A stretch of DNA of 56,138 bases from Candidatus Avispirillum sp. (GTDB lineage Bacteria; Bacillota; Clostridia; Oscillospirales; CAG-272): positions 1 to 56,138 of the forward strand of contig JAZTXZ010000065.1 of assembly GCA_045636685.1 (NCBI GenBank), written 5' to 3'. Positions 9,493-19,204 of the stretch are shown here, piece after piece. A program made the translations under genes and the position numbers. The first letter of the stretch is position 1. Every line of letters starts with the position of its first letter. Under the pieces are notes generated by a model. That model made no database searches, was not told the origin of the DNA, and was given only the letters and a program-made list of their open reading frames with translations.

Positions 9493-9621
9493 GAGAACCT
9501 CCAAATGATTTATAGTATAATTCTATCACTGAAAAAATATTTCGTCAACCGGATATTGAATTATAACATGTATTGGAACCTTTATTTCATTGAGTCTGTT
9601 TGCTGTTCGGGAGAGCCGAGG

Positions 9622-9658
9622 CATAAAAAAAGATACGGCACGCACCGTATCTTTTTTT
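9622..9658. terminator. bidirectional intrinsic terminator (ends the GtrA gene)
   Basis: Stem GATACGG/CCGTATC, flanked by A7 and T7 runs. Confidence 0.65.
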
Positions 9659-9696
9659 ATTGTTTTGTATTGTTTTTTTGTGTGATAAATATAGCA

Positions 9697-10173
9697 TTAT
9701 TTACTGCTTTTTTTGCTGTTTTTGAAAACTATCAGTTTGCTGAAAAAGTAGTTTAAGATGACAGCCAGGAATGAAAGAACAATTTTTGCTATCATGGTTC
9801 CGTCTGTGAACAGGAGTTTATATTGACCTACGTTAAGGATATTGACGCATAAATAAAGTCCTGCTTCTTCTATAAGAAAGGAGGATATGCGGGATGTGAA
9901 AAAAGACAGTACTTCCTTACAAATGCTCCCAAAAGATGAAGATCTTGATTTAAAAACGAATATTCTATTTGTAATGTATGCGAAGGTCGTGGCGATCACA
10001 AAGGTAATTGCATTGACCCAGTGTATCCATTCATCACCGAGGAAATGTCGAAGGAGGGCAAAAGAAGTGTAATTGACTACCGTTGTCAATACTCCGAAGA
10101 AAAGATATGAGATGTATTCTTCATATTTTTTGTAGGCACTAATGATTTTATCTTTAAACGTAGTTTTCATCAT
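9697..10173 (-). CDS. GtrA-family membrane protein
   Basis: 158 aa with four helices. The N-terminal pattern YLFFGVLTTVVNYTSFALL is typical of GtrA-like proteins. Confidence 0.75.
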   Translation of the reverse strand: MMKTTFKDKIISAYKKYEEYISYLFFGVLTTVVNYTSFALLRHFLGDEWIHWVNAITFVIATTFAYITNRIFVFKSRSSSFGSICKEVLSFFTSRISSFLIEEAGLYLCVNILNVGQYKLLFTDGTMIAKIVLSFLAVILNYFFSKLIVFKNSKKSSK

Positions 10174-10299
10174 AACAGCTCCGAGGGGAAGGTATGCCGG
10201 GGATTTTACAACGTAATTGTTAATTTATGTTATATACAGACAATTATAAGGTGGTTTGTTGTTCTTGTCAATACAGTCTAAATCACAATAATAATTGTA

Positions 10300-10986
10300 T
10301 TATTCTACATAAAACTCCTCAAGCGTATCCAGGCATATGCAGCCGAGAGGGGAGCCGAAGACGGCGCCGCAGTCAATTGCTATATGATTGTTTTTTGCAT
10401 ATATCCTGCCGCTATATTCCTCGTCTATAAGGTCTGTGGGAGTGTGTCCTGTAACAATGTATTTGTCCTCGAAATAGACCTTATCATACTCTGCCTCTCC
10501 CACAATAAATTCAAGAAGTGAAAGGCTGTCCATGCAAGCCATTTCATCCTTGGAGGGAACTGTATGAGAGAGGAAAAATTTTCTTCCTCCCGCTTCTATC
10601 TCCTGAAAGTAAAAAAACGTTGACATATAAGAAATAAGCTTCTTTTTGTCGTCCTTTTTCAGCGCTCTGAATGCTTTGTAGGTAGGGATGCCGCCGTCGG
10701 TAAACCACATTTTTGTTATTTCAACTATATCGTCTGATATATCTTCGTTTTGTACTGTCAGACGCAGAAGTTTCAAAGCCATATGATCGTGGTTTCCCCG
10801 TAGAGGGATTACGTTCTTTCGAGATAGCATATCAAAAAGCAACTTTATTCCGTCAGGACCGCGATCGACGGAGTCCCCGAGAACATAAAGTGTGTCATTA
10901 TCTGAAAATTCTATCTTTTCAAGCATACGAATATATTTGTCATAGCAACCGTGAATATCGGAAACAGCATATATCAATTTCATCAC
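10300..10986 (-). CDS. metallophosphoesterase (PPP-family Ser/Thr phosphatase-like)
   Basis: Motifs AVSDIHG, LGDSVDRGP and LRGNHD, matching the calcineurin-like phosphoesterase signature. Confidence 0.85.
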   Translation of the reverse strand: MMKLIYAVSDIHGCYDKYIRMLEKIEFSDNDTLYVLGDSVDRGPDGIKLLFDMLSRKNVIPLRGNHDHMALKLLRLTVQNEDISDDIVEITKMWFTDGGIPTYKAFRALKKDDKKKLISYMSTFFYFQEIEAGGRKFFLSHTVPSKDEMACMDSLSLLEFIVGEAEYDKVYFEDKYIVTGHTPTDLIDEEYSGRIYAKNNHIAIDCGAVFGSPLGCICLDTLEEFYVE

Positions 10987-11082
10987 CTCTATATATTATA
11001 TACCATATTCTGTGTACCAATAAGTGTACAATCTATTAAGATGTTCTGTTTTCTCAATAATTGTTTACAATTTCAACTTTTT

Positions 11083-11111
11083 ATTGCAAAACTAAATAAA
11101 AAAATGTATAC
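11083..11111 (+). promoter_or_regulatory. sigma-A type promoter candidate
   Basis: TTGCAA-17 nt-TATACT, about 40 nt upstream of the ATG at 11149. Confidence 0.45.
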
Positions 11112-11148
11112 TGTATAGAGAAAAATTTGTTTTAAAAGGACGGTATTT

Positions 11149-13209
11149 ATGGATAAAAAATATGAAGCCCTGTTTACCCCTTGGAAAATAGGCAATGTAG
11201 AGATCAAAAACAGAATCGTAATGTGCCCCATGGGCGGCACAAGCCTTTTCGGTTGGTTTGAGCTCAGCGGCTGTCACTTTGATAAGGAGGCTGCAAAGCT
11301 TTTCCTTGAAAGAGCGAACAACAACGTTGGTCTTATCATCCCCGGAATCGCGCCCCTTCGCGACACCTTCTTCGGGAAGTGGCTCTGGCAGAACCCCAAG
11401 ATGTTTGAGGATCTGAAGGAATTTATGGATGAGATCCATAAGACAGGTGCAAAGCTCTTCATTCAGCTCACAGCAGGCATGGGCCGCTCCTGGGCTATCA
11501 CAGAGCTTGTTGCTCCCCTTCATAAGAATAAGTTTACAAGAGCGCTGGTTAAGCCTATCATCGATACAAATCATGAGCTTGCTTGTCCCAGCCCCCAGCC
11601 CTCCAGATGGGCTCACGACATTATCTGCCCCGAGATGACAAAGGAGCAGATCCACGAGATCATCGAGGCGTTTGCAAAGACTGCAAAGCTTTGTAAGGAG
11701 GCAGGCGTTGACGGCGTAGAGGTACACGCAGTTCACGAGGGCTACCTTCTTGACCAGTTTGCAATCGAGTTCTTCAACAAGCGTACAGACGAGTACGGCG
11801 GAAGCTTTGAAAACCGCTACCGCTTTGCAAAGGAAGTTGTAACTGCAATCAAGGAAGCTTGCGGAAGCGACTATCCCGTATCCCTCCGTTACTCCGTAGA
11901 GTCCAAGATGAAGGGCTTCTGCGAGGGTGCTATGCCCGGCGAGGAGTATACAGAGGTTGGCCGTGCTATGGAGGAATCCGAGAAGGCTGCTAAGTATCTC
12001 CAGGATGCAGGCTACGATATGCTCAATGCGGATAACGGTACATACGACTCCTGGTACTGGGCTCATCCCCCCATGTATATGCCCCAGAACTGTAACCTTG
12101 AGGACGTTGCTCATATTAAGAAGTTTGTAGATATTCCCGTAGTTTGTGCAGGCCGTATGGAGCCTGACGTTGGCGCTGAGGCAGTTGCAGAGGGAAGAAT
12201 CGACGGTGTAGGTATTGCCCGTCAGTTCCTTGTAGACCCTGAGTGGATCACAAAGCTTATCGAGGACAGACTTGAGGATATCAAGCCCTGTATCTGCTGC
12301 CACTCCGGCTGCTTCAACTTCTCCTCCCGCAAGGGTCACGCAAATACTCAGGATCTTACAGATACAATGGGTCTTGCACGCTGCGCACTTAACCCCGAAA
12401 CAATGCAGTCTAAGAAGTATTCCGTAAAGCCTGCAAAGAAGCAAAAGACTGTTGCAGTTGTAGGCGGCGGTATCGGCGGTATGGAGGCTGCTATCCTCCT
12501 TGCTAAGCGCGGACATAAGGTAACTCTTTATGAAAAGTCTGACGTTCTCGGCGGCGTATTTATTGCAGCAGCTGCTCCTTCCTTCAAGGAAAAGGACCGC
12601 GACCTTATCGCATGGTATAAGCGCGAGCTTGCAAAGTATCCCATCGAGGTTAAGATGAATACTGAGGTTAAGGATATTGCATCCCTCAATGCTGATGAGG
12701 TTATCATCGCAACAGGTGCAACTGCAAGAAAGATTCCCGTAAAGGGCGCTGACACTGCTATCGAGGCTTGCGATTATCTTCTCGGCAAGAAGACTGTTGG
12801 TGAGAACGTTGTTATCATCGGCGGCGGTCTTACAGGCTGCGAGATCGCATACGATCTTTACCTCCAGGGCAAGAAGCCTGTAATCGTTGAAATGCAGGAC
12901 GACCTTATTATTACAAAGGGCGTTTGCCTTGCAAATACATCCTTCCTTCGCGATTGCTTCAAGACAAACAAGGTTCCCGTACATCTTGAGACCGCACTTT
13001 GCGAGATAGGGGACGGCGCAGTTGTTGTAAGAGATAAGGAAGGCAAGACATTTGAGATTCCTGCGGACTCCGTAATCATGTCCGTTGGCTATAATCCTGC
13101 TCCCATTGCAAAGAAGAGCTCCCACGTTCACGTTATCGGCGATGCCGCTGCTGTCGGTAACCTCCGTACAGTTATCTGGGGCGCTTGGGACGTGGCAATG
13201 AAGATATAA
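11149..13209 (+). CDS. 2-enoate reductase / 2,4-dienoyl-CoA reductase-like flavoprotein (OYE domain + Fe-S + FAD/NAD(P) domain)
   Basis: 686 aa. OYE-like N-terminus (FTPWKIGNVEIKNRIVMCPMG, GVEVHAVHEGYLLDQF), Cys cluster CICCHSGC...C, then dinucleotide fold VAVVGGGIGGMEAA. Confidence 0.85.
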   Translation: MDKKYEALFTPWKIGNVEIKNRIVMCPMGGTSLFGWFELSGCHFDKEAAKLFLERANNNVGLIIPGIAPLRDTFFGKWLWQNPKMFEDLKEFMDEIHKTGAKLFIQLTAGMGRSWAITELVAPLHKNKFTRALVKPIIDTNHELACPSPQPSRWAHDIICPEMTKEQIHEIIEAFAKTAKLCKEAGVDGVEVHAVHEGYLLDQFAIEFFNKRTDEYGGSFENRYRFAKEVVTAIKEACGSDYPVSLRYSVESKMKGFCEGAMPGEEYTEVGRAMEESEKAAKYLQDAGYDMLNADNGTYDSWYWAHPPMYMPQNCNLEDVAHIKKFVDIPVVCAGRMEPDVGAEAVAEGRIDGVGIARQFLVDPEWITKLIEDRLEDIKPCICCHSGCFNFSSRKGHANTQDLTDTMGLARCALNPETMQSKKYSVKPAKKQKTVAVVGGGIGGMEAAILLAKRGHKVTLYEKSDVLGGVFIAAAAPSFKEKDRDLIAWYKRELAKYPIEVKMNTEVKDIASLNADEVIIATGATARKIPVKGADTAIEACDYLLGKKTVGENVVIIGGGLTGCEIAYDLYLQGKKPVIVEMQDDLIITKGVCLANTSFLRDCFKTNKVPVHLETALCEIGDGAVVVRDKEGKTFEIPADSVIMSVGYNPAPIAKKSSHVHVIGDAAAVGNLRTVIWGAWDVAMKI

Positions 13210-13220
13210 TCTTCATTGCA

Positions 13221-13340
13221 GTGAAATCCACGCACAGCGTGGGTGAAATCCGCTTCGGGGATCAAATACGCCTTCGGCGCGTGAAATATTTCCTTTGGAA
13301 ATGTGAATGAAGGTTTTCTCCGCTTTTGCGGAGAAAACCA
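13221..13340 (+). repeat. array of five short stem-loops, each preceded by a GTGAAAT-like heptamer
   Basis: Heptamers at 13221, 13243, 13261 (ATCAAAT), 13281 and 13303 (GTGAATG). Each is followed by a different hairpin; two have C(UUCG)G loops and the last has a 12-bp stem. Confidence 0.5.
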
Positions 13341-13370
13341 ATCTCTATTATAAATTGAAAGGGTATTGAT

Positions 13371-14648
13371 ATGATTCTGACAACAGAACAGCAGGCGATA
13401 CTTAATGGCCAGAAGGGCGAGACTATGGCGAAGGTTATGAAGACACTCGTTATGTACGGTGAGACCTTTGGTGCTGAAAGACTTGTGCCTGTAACAAGTG
13501 ACTATAACCACCTTGTAACCTCCTTCGGACTCAAGGTAATGAGCCCTGTATACGATCTTATGGATAAGCTTCTCGAGGCAGGCGTTTCCTCCTCCCAGAA
13601 GTTCTCCGTAGACCCCCGCCCCCTTGATAAGAACGTTCCCGCAAACTTCTTGCAGAACCTTGTTTTCAACAAGTTCATGTATACAAAGCAGGACTTCTAT
13701 GAAGAGCAGCTTAAAAAGCTCGGTCTTATGAACGATAAGGCATTCTCCTGCACATGCTACATGGATGAGGTTGGTAATAAGCCGAAAAAGGGTGAGGTTC
13801 TCAGCTGGGCAGAGTCCAGTGCGGTAGTTTATGCAAACTCCGTTCTTGGCGCTCGCTGCAACCGTAACACCGGTATTATTGATCTTATGGGCTCTATCGT
13901 TGGCTACGTTCCCGAATTCGGTCTTCTTACAGATGAGCGAAGAAAGGCTACCTGGGTAGTTAAGATCGAAACAACAAAGAAGCCCGAGGCACAGCTTCTC
14001 GGTTCCGCTATCGGTATGAAGGTTATGGAAGACGTTCCTTTCGTTGTTGGTCTTGATAAGTGGATCGGTAACGAGCTTAACGATTCTGCATGCACATACC
14101 TTAAGGACTTCGGTGCGGCAACTGCATCTAACGGTGCCGTTGGTCTTTACCATATCGCAAATCTTACTCCCGAGGCAGTAGAGCTTGGCGAGAGCCTTAT
14201 TGCAGAGGGCGCAAAGGAATATGTTATCACAGATGCAGAGCTTGAGAGAGTAAAGAACGAGTATCCTGTAATCTGGAAGAATAAGGATGCAAAGCCCAAG
14301 CTTTGCTTTATGGGATGTCCTCATATGAGCCTCCAGCAGCTCAAGGACTGGACCGATAAGGTTGAAGCAGGTCTTAAGGCATCCGGCAACAAGAAGGTTG
14401 TTATCCCCACAGTATTTACTGCAGCTGACGGCGTTCTTGAGGAGTTCAATAAGACAGAGTATGCAGAGAGACTTAAGAAGACCGGCGTTATCACATCCTA
14501 CATTTGTCCTCTTATGTATATGAATAACCCTCTTTGCAAGAAGATGCCCGTTATCACATCTTCCAATAAGCTTCGTACATATACAACAGCTCGCTATTAT
14601 ACAGATGACGAGATTCTCGAGCAGATCACAAAAGGAGGCAAAAACTGA
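13371..14648 (+). CDS. aconitase X catalytic subunit (DUF521 family)
   Basis: 425 aa. The N-terminus LTTEQQAILNGQKGETMAKVMKTLVMYGETFGAERL is typical of DUF521/AcnX. TGATG overlap with the downstream DUF126-like gene. Confidence 0.75.
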   Translation: MILTTEQQAILNGQKGETMAKVMKTLVMYGETFGAERLVPVTSDYNHLVTSFGLKVMSPVYDLMDKLLEAGVSSSQKFSVDPRPLDKNVPANFLQNLVFNKFMYTKQDFYEEQLKKLGLMNDKAFSCTCYMDEVGNKPKKGEVLSWAESSAVVYANSVLGARCNRNTGIIDLMGSIVGYVPEFGLLTDERRKATWVVKIETTKKPEAQLLGSAIGMKVMEDVPFVVGLDKWIGNELNDSACTYLKDFGAATASNGAVGLYHIANLTPEAVELGESLIAEGAKEYVITDAELERVKNEYPVIWKNKDAKPKLCFMGCPHMSLQQLKDWTDKVEAGLKASGNKKVVIPTVFTAADGVLEEFNKTEYAERLKKTGVITSYICPLMYMNNPLCKKMPVITSSNKLRTYTTARYYTDDEILEQITKGGKN

Positions 14649-15091
14649 TGAAAACATTTCAGGGTAGAGTAGTAACTCCCGGTGAGGTAAGTGCAAAGGC
14701 GCTTGTTTCCCACGGTGGTCTTAATACACTTGCATCCTTCCAGAATGCGCTTCAGTTTGGCGACAAGCAGGCAAAATGCGGCGACCAGAATAACCCCGAT
14801 CTTTATGGAAAGCCTATGGTAGGAACAGCTCTTTGCCTTCCCCAGACAATCGGAAGCACAACAGGCGGCCTTGTTCTTTACTGTGCAGCTGCAATGGGCC
14901 GTCAGCCCGCTTGCATGCTTTTCTCAAAGCCTATCGACTCTCTTGCGGCAGCAGGTGCGATTCTTGCTGACGTATGGGTAGATGGCGTAACAATGCCCGT
15001 TGTTGATTCCCTCGGCGACGAATTCCTCGAATACGTTAAGGATGGAATGAATATTACCGTAAAAGACGGCGGAATTATCGAAGTAGAATAA
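14648..15091 (+). CDS. aconitase X swivel-domain subunit (DUF126 family)
   Basis: 147 aa. Pattern GK..VG.ALCLPQTIGSTTGGLVLY....G.QPA is typical of DUF126. Translationally coupled to the DUF521 gene. Confidence 0.75.
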   Translation: MKTFQGRVVTPGEVSAKALVSHGGLNTLASFQNALQFGDKQAKCGDQNNPDLYGKPMVGTALCLPQTIGSTTGGLVLYCAAAMGRQPACMLFSKPIDSLAAAGAILADVWVDGVTMPVVDSLGDEFLEYVKDGMNITVKDGGIIEVE

Positions 15092-15096
15092 TTATG

Positions 15097-15125
15097 AAAA
15101 GGGGTTGCATTGCAACCCCTTTTTG
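15097..15125 (+). terminator. intrinsic terminator
   Basis: Palindrome GGGGTTGC/GCAACCCC followed by TTTTT. Confidence 0.7.
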
Positions 15126-15205
15126 AACGTAACAAATTTAATAAATTGTCCCTTGATTCTGCATGAATGTAATTATAGAATGTAGATATATTAAAATTTG
15201 AGGTG

Positions 15206-16372
15206 ATGATCTTGGATAAAAACAGAAATGTCATCAGCATTTCATGGAAGACTTTACTTAAGATCGCGGTATGCGTCTTTGTTCTTTTTCTTACAATTTT
15301 CTATTGGAAAAATATATCTGGAATCATAGGCGCTGTTGTAAGTGCGCTTTCTCCCGTAATCATAGGCTTTGCAATTGCTTACGTGCTTAATATTCTTATG
15401 AGCTTTTATGAGAGGAATTATTTTAAAAAGCTTTCCCATAAAAAGTTTTTCAGAGCAACGAAAAGGCCCGTGTGTCTTGTGGGAGCCGTGCTTACTTTGA
15501 TCGCGATCGTAGCGCTTATCGTGATACTCGTAGTCCCCGAGCTTGTGGAATGCGTGAAATTCCTTGTTGCCGAAATTCCTCCATTGATAGAAAAGCTTCT
15601 CGATAGCAGATTTGTCAAAGAGATACTTCCTAAGGATATTTTGTCAAAGCTTTACGGTATTGATTGGATGAGCTATGTATCAAAGCTTATCGAAGCTGTT
15701 GGATCAGGCCTTGGCAGTGCGGTGAATGTTGTTGTCAATGCAGTGACCTCTGTGTTTTCTGTAATTATAACGGCATTTCTCTCGATAATCTTTTCAGTAT
15801 ATATGCTTGCGACAAAGGATAAGTTGGCAAGTCAGTCAAACAGAGTAATGGAAAACTATTTTACTGAAAAGACAACAAGCAGAGTAAAGTATACTCTCGG
15901 TATTTTCGATGACAGCTTTCGCAAATATATAGTAGGTCAGTGTACTGAGGCTGTGATCCTTGGCGTGCTTTGTACTCTCGGAATGCTCCTTTTCCGTTTT
16001 CCCTATGCCCCCATGATAGGTGCGCTCGTTGGTTTTACGGCCCTTATTCCCGTAGCAGGTGCATATATAGGAGCAGGAGTCGGCGCTTTGATGATGTTGA
16101 CAGAATCGCCTGTGAAAGCTCTCCTTTTCCTTGTTTTTATAATCATTCTCCAACAGCTTGAGGGCAATCTTATATATCCCAGGGTGGTTGGTAATTCAGT
16201 AGGACTTCCCGCACTTTGGGTATTGGCCGCAGTAACCGTGGGCGGTGCCCTTGGAGGTGTTCTCGGTATGCTTCTCGGCGTTCCTATAGCTGCCGCAATT
16301 TACCGCATTGTACGTGAGGATATTCAGAGAAGAGAAATTGCAAAGCAAAAAGAAGAAATAACAGAGGAATAA
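15206..16372 (+). CDS. AI-2E family transporter (PerM/UPF0118)
   Basis: About 388 aa and polytopic, with the conserved C-terminal region LIPVAGAYIGAGVG...LQQLEGNLIYPRVVG. The start is ambiguous (GTG 15203, ATG 15206 or TTG 15212). Confidence 0.8.
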   Translation: MILDKNRNVISISWKTLLKIAVCVFVLFLTIFYWKNISGIIGAVVSALSPVIIGFAIAYVLNILMSFYERNYFKKLSHKKFFRATKRPVCLVGAVLTLIAIVALIVILVVPELVECVKFLVAEIPPLIEKLLDSRFVKEILPKDILSKLYGIDWMSYVSKLIEAVGSGLGSAVNVVVNAVTSVFSVIITAFLSIIFSVYMLATKDKLASQSNRVMENYFTEKTTSRVKYTLGIFDDSFRKYIVGQCTEAVILGVLCTLGMLLFRFPYAPMIGALVGFTALIPVAGAYIGAGVGALMMLTESPVKALLFLVFIIILQQLEGNLIYPRVVGNSVGLPALWVLAAVTVGGALGGVLGMLLGVPIAAAIYRIVREDIQRREIAKQKEEITEE

Positions 16373-16374
16373 TA

Positions 16375-16410
16375 AAAAGGGCTGTCGCAAATAAATGCGA
16401 CAGCCCTTTT
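16375..16410. terminator. bidirectional intrinsic terminator between convergent genes
   Basis: Stem GGGCTGTCGCA/TGCGACAGCCC with flanking A and T runs. Confidence 0.75.
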
Positions 16411-16411
16411 A

Positions 16412-18322
16412 TCAGATCATAGGGAAAGTAAGAGTAACTTTGAAGAGATCTCCGTCAATTGTAATATCCATTTTGCCGCCCTGAAGCTCAGTTAAGCTTT
16501 TTGCAATGGAAAGTCCAAGACCGTTGCCTTCAGTAGTTCTTGAAGAATCACCTCGAACGAAGCGTTGAGTCAGCTCATCGGGTGAAATGTTCAATGGAGA
16601 AAGGGAAGTGTTCTTGATATTAAATATTGCACAGTTTTCTCTTTTTTCAACAGTAAGATATATTCTTGAGTTAGGCAGAGAATATTTGCAGGCATTTGAA
16701 AGAAGGTTTTCAAAAACGCGCCATATCCTTCGCTGGTCTGCCATTATCATGATCGAAGTTTCGGGTATATTGCATATAAGCTCCAGTCCTGCATTCTTAC
16801 ATCTTTCAATATATTCTCCTGCCGCCTGTGATATAAGTACTGCTCCATCACAAGGCTCGGGGCATATCTCCAGATTTCCCGTAGTAGCTTTTGAAGCTTC
16901 AACAAGGTCATCAAGAAGCCTTTTGAGGTGTTCGCTTTTTCTGACTAAAACTTCGCAGTATTCGCGATGGCTTTCGCAGTTGCATTCTTCTTTTGATATA
17001 AGGGAGGAATAGTTGATAATAGAGGTGATGGGGGTCTTTATATCGTGGGAAACGTTGGTTATAAGCTCTGTTTTCATTCGCTCACTTTTAAGGCGTTCTT
17101 CAACTGCAAGTGCCATACCTGATGAAATACTGTTGAGATTTTCTCCGTGGCGGTAAAAATTCCAAAGCATTCCTTTTGTGTCCACCTTGTAGGTAATGTC
17201 TCCCTTTGCTAAAGCCTTTCCTCCCTTTTCGAGCTTTCTGAGCATAAGAGAAGCATAAACTATGGCAGGAGCTATGCAGAAGAATTTTGCCAACCAAAAG
17301 AATAGCGCTACTTCAAAATCACCGTTAGCTACACATAGCAAAAAGATATCAATGATCGTATTTCCGATAATAAAAAGAAGTGTCTTCCAAACTATCGGAA
17401 TTGTGCGAAATAGGGCGGCAATTCCCTTAAAAGTCCAATAGAATGCCTTTCCGATAAGGCGAAGAACTATCCAGATAAGTGTGTTTGTAAAGAGAGTCTT
17501 TCCCTTGATTCGGATAGCAATGCTCATACAAATGCCGATAAAGACGTTGAGTGCGGCGGCAATTATCAGAATGATGAATACCCACATCAAGACCTCAGAC
17601 CACCACGTGTCTACTATGAGTATTGTCACAACAGAAAATATTGCGATCAAAACAGCAAGCATCAGATCGATGGGCACTTTATAGAATGGGCCTGTGTGAA
17701 GCTCATCGTCACCGGGCTTTCTTCCTGCAGCGCACATAAGAAGAACAAACGATGCAACAGAAAGTCCCAGCGATAAAAGAATTACAGGATATATCCAGTA
17801 GAGAAGGGCGTATGCAACGTTAAACATTAATGTGGAAAAAAAGTATTCATCCATTACGGGAAAGTCTGTATCTACCGACATGTTTACTGTAAAAATATCG
17901 GCATTTTCCACGTCTTTAATATCATCCCAATAATATTCGATTTCCGCATAATCACCGATTTCGTCTTTGTAATATATCCATTTGAAGCTGTAATCAAACT
18001 TTTTATTTGAACAGTTACTTCCGATAACTTTTCCGTTGGAATCTGAAAGGCTGTATCGGATGTTTGTAATATCCGTGCTGTAATCATTTTTGTAAGAATG
18101 ATACTCCTCGTCATTAAGGTGATACCATATAATATTGTTGGCAGCACTTCTGAGCATACTGTCGTATGTTGATTCAACTACATATTCCTTTGGTAAAATG
18201 TAAAATTCTCCGGCTATCATAAGGGAGGCTCCTGCTATACCTGCCGCCGTAATACAAAGAAAGACAACGCACATAATAAAGCATATAACCTTGGAAGCTG
18301 TGGTTCTGTACCAGTGTTTCAT
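16412..18322 (-). CDS. sensor histidine kinase
   Basis: 636 aa. H-box VSHDIKTPITSI, N-box LLSNACKYS and G-box GNGLGLSIAK, with multiple TM helices and a large N-terminal extracytoplasmic segment. Confidence 0.9.
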   Translation of the reverse strand: MKHWYRTTASKVICFIMCVVFLCITAAGIAGASLMIAGEFYILPKEYVVESTYDSMLRSAANNIIWYHLNDEEYHSYKNDYSTDITNIRYSLSDSNGKVIGSNCSNKKFDYSFKWIYYKDEIGDYAEIEYYWDDIKDVENADIFTVNMSVDTDFPVMDEYFFSTLMFNVAYALLYWIYPVILLSLGLSVASFVLLMCAAGRKPGDDELHTGPFYKVPIDLMLAVLIAIFSVVTILIVDTWWSEVLMWVFIILIIAAALNVFIGICMSIAIRIKGKTLFTNTLIWIVLRLIGKAFYWTFKGIAALFRTIPIVWKTLLFIIGNTIIDIFLLCVANGDFEVALFFWLAKFFCIAPAIVYASLMLRKLEKGGKALAKGDITYKVDTKGMLWNFYRHGENLNSISSGMALAVEERLKSERMKTELITNVSHDIKTPITSIINYSSLISKEECNCESHREYCEVLVRKSEHLKRLLDDLVEASKATTGNLEICPEPCDGAVLISQAAGEYIERCKNAGLELICNIPETSIMIMADQRRIWRVFENLLSNACKYSLPNSRIYLTVEKRENCAIFNIKNTSLSPLNISPDELTQRFVRGDSSRTTEGNGLGLSIAKSLTELQGGKMDITIDGDLFKVTLTFPMI

Positions 18323-18338
18323 ATGATTTTTCCTTTCT

Positions 18339-19025
18339 TTATTTCTGGATCATATATCCGTGTCCCCACACTGCTTTAAGATATCGTGGCTCTGCGGGAT
18401 TTATCTCGATCTTTTCCCTTATATGTCTTACGTGAACGGCAACGGTGTTGTCAGCGGTCAGAGGTGTTTCCTTCCATATGGTCTTGTATATGTCCCGTGG
18501 AGAGAATACACGGCCGCAGTTTTCCATAAGAAGCTTTAGTATCTCATATTCCGTTGGAGTGAGTGATACTGCTTCGCCGTCAACGCTGACAGTCTTGTTT
18601 GTATCACAAAGCTCAATATTTCCAATGTTAAGCACTTCGCTTTTTTGTTTGCCGGCACCAAGGAGCATATAGCGTCTGAGGCATGAGCGTACTCTGGCGC
18701 AGACCTCCATAGGGTTAAAGGGCTTCGTTATATAGTCGTCAGCGCCCACGTTCAGCCCAAGTATCTTGTCACTGTCCTCGCTTTTCGCTGTGATAAGTAT
18801 AACGGGAACGTTGGAACTTTCTCTGATTTTTACCATACAGGAAATACCGTCAAGACGTGGCATCATAATATCCATAAGAACCAGATGAATTTCTTCTTTT
18901 TCAAGCACAGAAAATGCGCTTAGACCGTCAAAGGCTTCAAACAGGCGGTAAGAGGGATCGGATAAATATATTTTCAATGCATTGACGATGTCGCGATCAT
19001 CGTCACAAATAAGAATGTTATACAT
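18339..19025 (-). CDS. OmpR-family response regulator
   Basis: Receiver domain (ILICDDD...LMDIMMPRLDG...ITAKS) plus a winged-helix C-terminus (LTPTEYEILKLL...VWGHGY). Confidence 0.9.
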   Translation of the reverse strand: MYNILICDDDRDIVNALKIYLSDPSYRLFEAFDGLSAFSVLEKEEIHLVLMDIMMPRLDGISCMVKIRESSNVPVILITAKSEDSDKILGLNVGADDYITKPFNPMEVCARVRSCLRRYMLLGAGKQKSEVLNIGNIELCDTNKTVSVDGEAVSLTPTEYEILKLLMENCGRVFSPRDIYKTIWKETPLTADNTVAVHVRHIREKIEINPAEPRYLKAVWGHGYMIQK

Positions 19026-19204
19026 AGGAGTCCTCCGTTATTTGGTGATTTAATTATAAACCAAACACTATGAATTTTAAAGATAGTAAAATATTAAGAA
19101 TTGATTAATATAAGAAGATCAAAAAAACTGTGTATTCGGCACCCGTAACAAAAAAACAAGTTGTCTGTGAATAAACAATTTTATATTCCTGATATGTAAA
19201 ATTA

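Noticed and set aside
13221-13340. Whether the GTGAAAT-plus-hairpin array could be a CRISPR array.
   Set aside because: The constant part is only 7 nt and the units are about 20 nt. It is the variable parts that are palindromic, and there are no cas genes. This does not fit CRISPR repeat-spacer architecture.
11092-14696. Two very long minus-strand ORFs (679 aa at 11092-13131 and 522 aa at 13128-14696) lying antisense to the enoate-reductase-like and aconitase X genes.
   Set aside because: Their translations are Cys/Leu/Ala-rich and low-complexity, with no motif, RBS or sensible start. The plus-strand genes have clear family motifs and strong codon bias, which suppresses stop codons on the opposite strand. 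They are classic shadow ORFs.
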